From Dipteris shenzhenensis (taxonomy: Eukaryota), in the NCBI GenBank assembly GCA_047967505.1, contig CM106538.1: a stretch of 64,000 nucleotides of DNA; one strand, given 5' to 3'. Shown in pieces: positions 62,215-64,000 of this stretch. Numbering within the stretch: the stretch's first letter is position 1; each line of letters begins with the position of its first letter. Made by a program: the position numbers and the translations under genes. Below the pieces are notes generated by a model. That model saw nothing but the letters and a program-made list of their open reading frames with translations. It was not told the DNA's origin and did not search any database.

Positions 62215-64000
62215 TCACCAATAGTCCCCACACGCACACTTTCCGTCCTTAAACAAATGAGAGCGGTTTGCATCTCTGACAAGAATAGTTCGCTGCTCTA
62301 TCTTTGATATAAGTGCAACGACCCCATGACAGGTATGACACGTCCAGAGATTTTGAACAACACGTATGGGTGTCCCCTTTGGTGTGTTGATTAGGGCACA
62401 CGCAATAGCTAGCTTCTCGCTGTGCCCACATAACCCATGCTTTACATTAACAGACACATAACTTGAGACCCAATGAAAATCAGGGGTGCGACCTTTCTCC
62501 CTCATTTTGAGGTAAAGATCCTCTAGCTTTGCATATATCCTTGAGCTTTGAGAATGCCCTGTGTCCCCCACCGAGAATGAATGCATTGATCCACCCATGT
62601 CAGTCCAACAACTCTGTTCTGGCTACTTCCATGCTTGTTTTTCCATTTTCATTGCCTCAACCTCCTCCTCTTCCTCCTGCATGTGAGCATCTGCATAGAT
62701 GTTAGACATCAAGACATAAGCCGCAGCATCCTTTTCATCTAATTGCACTGCATGTTCAAAGGCCAACCTTCCAAGCTCTACATTACCCCATTTTCGACAA
62801 GCACCCAACAAAGTTTTCCACACCACAATATCAGGATGGAAAGGCATCTTCTTCACCATTTCTAGTGCCTTGTCTAATTGGCCTGAACGGCCAAGGAGAT
62901 CAACCATGCTAATGTGGTGCTCAATAGTTGCATTGACACCATAGTCTTTGCTCATGGCCTCAAAGTACTTCTGGCCATCATCCACTAGACCTGTGTGACT
63001 GCATACAGTAAGAACAGTGAGGAATGTGGCCCCACTTGGATTTATGCCTTCCTCTTTCATTCTCTCAAGCATATGGAAAACATTTTCACTTTCTCCTAGC
63101 TGGGCATAACCTGCAATAAGTGCATTCCATGAGACCTCGTCCCGAGCTGACAGATTGTCGAATGATTCTTGAGCATCTGCAAGCGAGCCACATCTGGCAT
63201 ACATATCCACCAAGGTGCTGCCAACGATAAGATCTGTTTCCAGCCCCTTTATGGCAACCTCTGTGTGTATCTCTCTGCCCTTGTGTATGGCTCCTATGAT
63301 GCCGCAAGCTTTCAAGCTGCAAACGAATGTGACAACAGATGGAAAGACACCCTCCAGTTGCATCTGTTTGAAACTATTCAGTGCTTCCTCGCCAAGACCA
63401 TGCTCAGCATATCCTGCGATCAAGGCATTCCATGAGACCTCATTTCGAACTGGCAGCTTGTCAAATGCTTTCCGTGCTTCTGCGAGGGAACCACATTTGG
63501 CGTACATATCCACCAAGGTGCTGCCAACAACAAGGTCTGTTCCCAACCCCTTTCTGTCAATCTCGGCATGTATGTCTCGGCCCTTGTCTACGGCTCCTAT
63601 GCAGCCACAGGCTTTCAAGCTGCAAACCAATGTGACAGCATCCGGTGAGACACCCTCCAGTTGCATGTGTTCAAAACAGTTAAGCGCTTCCTGACCAAGA
63701 CCATGTTCGGCATAGCCTGCAATTAGTGCAGTCCACGAGACTGTGTCCCGAACAGCAAGTTCATCAAAAACTTTACGTGCTTTTGCAAGCAAGCCACATT
63801 TGGCATACATATCCACCAAGGTGTTTCCAACAAAAAGATGTCTTTGCAACCCCTTTCTAGCAATCTCAGCGTGTATTTCTTGGCCTCGTTCTGCATCTTT
63901 CAGCCTCGTACATGCCTTCAGTAGGGCTACAAACGTATACGTGCTAGGATGTACAGAATCCTCTTGCATTTTCTGGTACAGGTTGAGGGCATGCTGTGAT
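62215..64000 (-). CDS. PLS-class PPR protein with E motifs and a DYW (WW-type) deaminase domain; 5' end beyond the window; in-frame TAG at 62623-62625
   Basis: Repeated P-L-S motifs (GNTLVDMYAKCG, VSWNALIAGYAEHG, TFVCSLKACG) and E motifs (EHHISMVDLLGRSG, VWKTLLGACRKWG). After the TAG the frame continues PEQSCWTD...HSEKLAIACAL...CHTCH...CACGDYW. Confidence 0.93.

Noticed and set aside
62623-62625. U-to-C RNA editing repairing the PPR stop codon
   Set aside because: Reverse editing in ferns is established for organellar transcripts, and this is a nuclear gene.

Overview
Land-plant nuclear DNA, most likely a fern: it has spliceosomal introns, tRNA-iMet-primed Ty1/copia elements and a DYW:WW-type PPR gene. 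Two host genes are present. One is an 11-exon full-size ABCB (P-glycoprotein, ABCB19/ABCB1-like) transporter at 20224-25876 (-). The other is a PLS-class PPR-E-DYW gene at 62215 to >64000 (-) with an in-frame TAG just before its DYW domain. Most of the rest is nested transposons: degenerate copia and gypsy elements, a CACTA/EnSpm remnant, a young copia with matched 170-bp LTRs (45810-51672), a foldback element and microsatellites. The main discovery is a 12,338-bp cut-and-paste DNA transposon at 29861-42198. It has TIRs starting CTCGGGGGGTCCA and an 8-bp TSD (ATTGGGGT), and it splits a copia RT frame that rejoins exactly when the element is removed. It encodes an intron-containing, roughly 1,400-aa P-element-superfamily transposase with no recognisable THAP domain. 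It also carries an intronless protein-kinase ORF and a 12 x 98-bp tandem array. All family calls come from motifs read by eye; no database searches were run.
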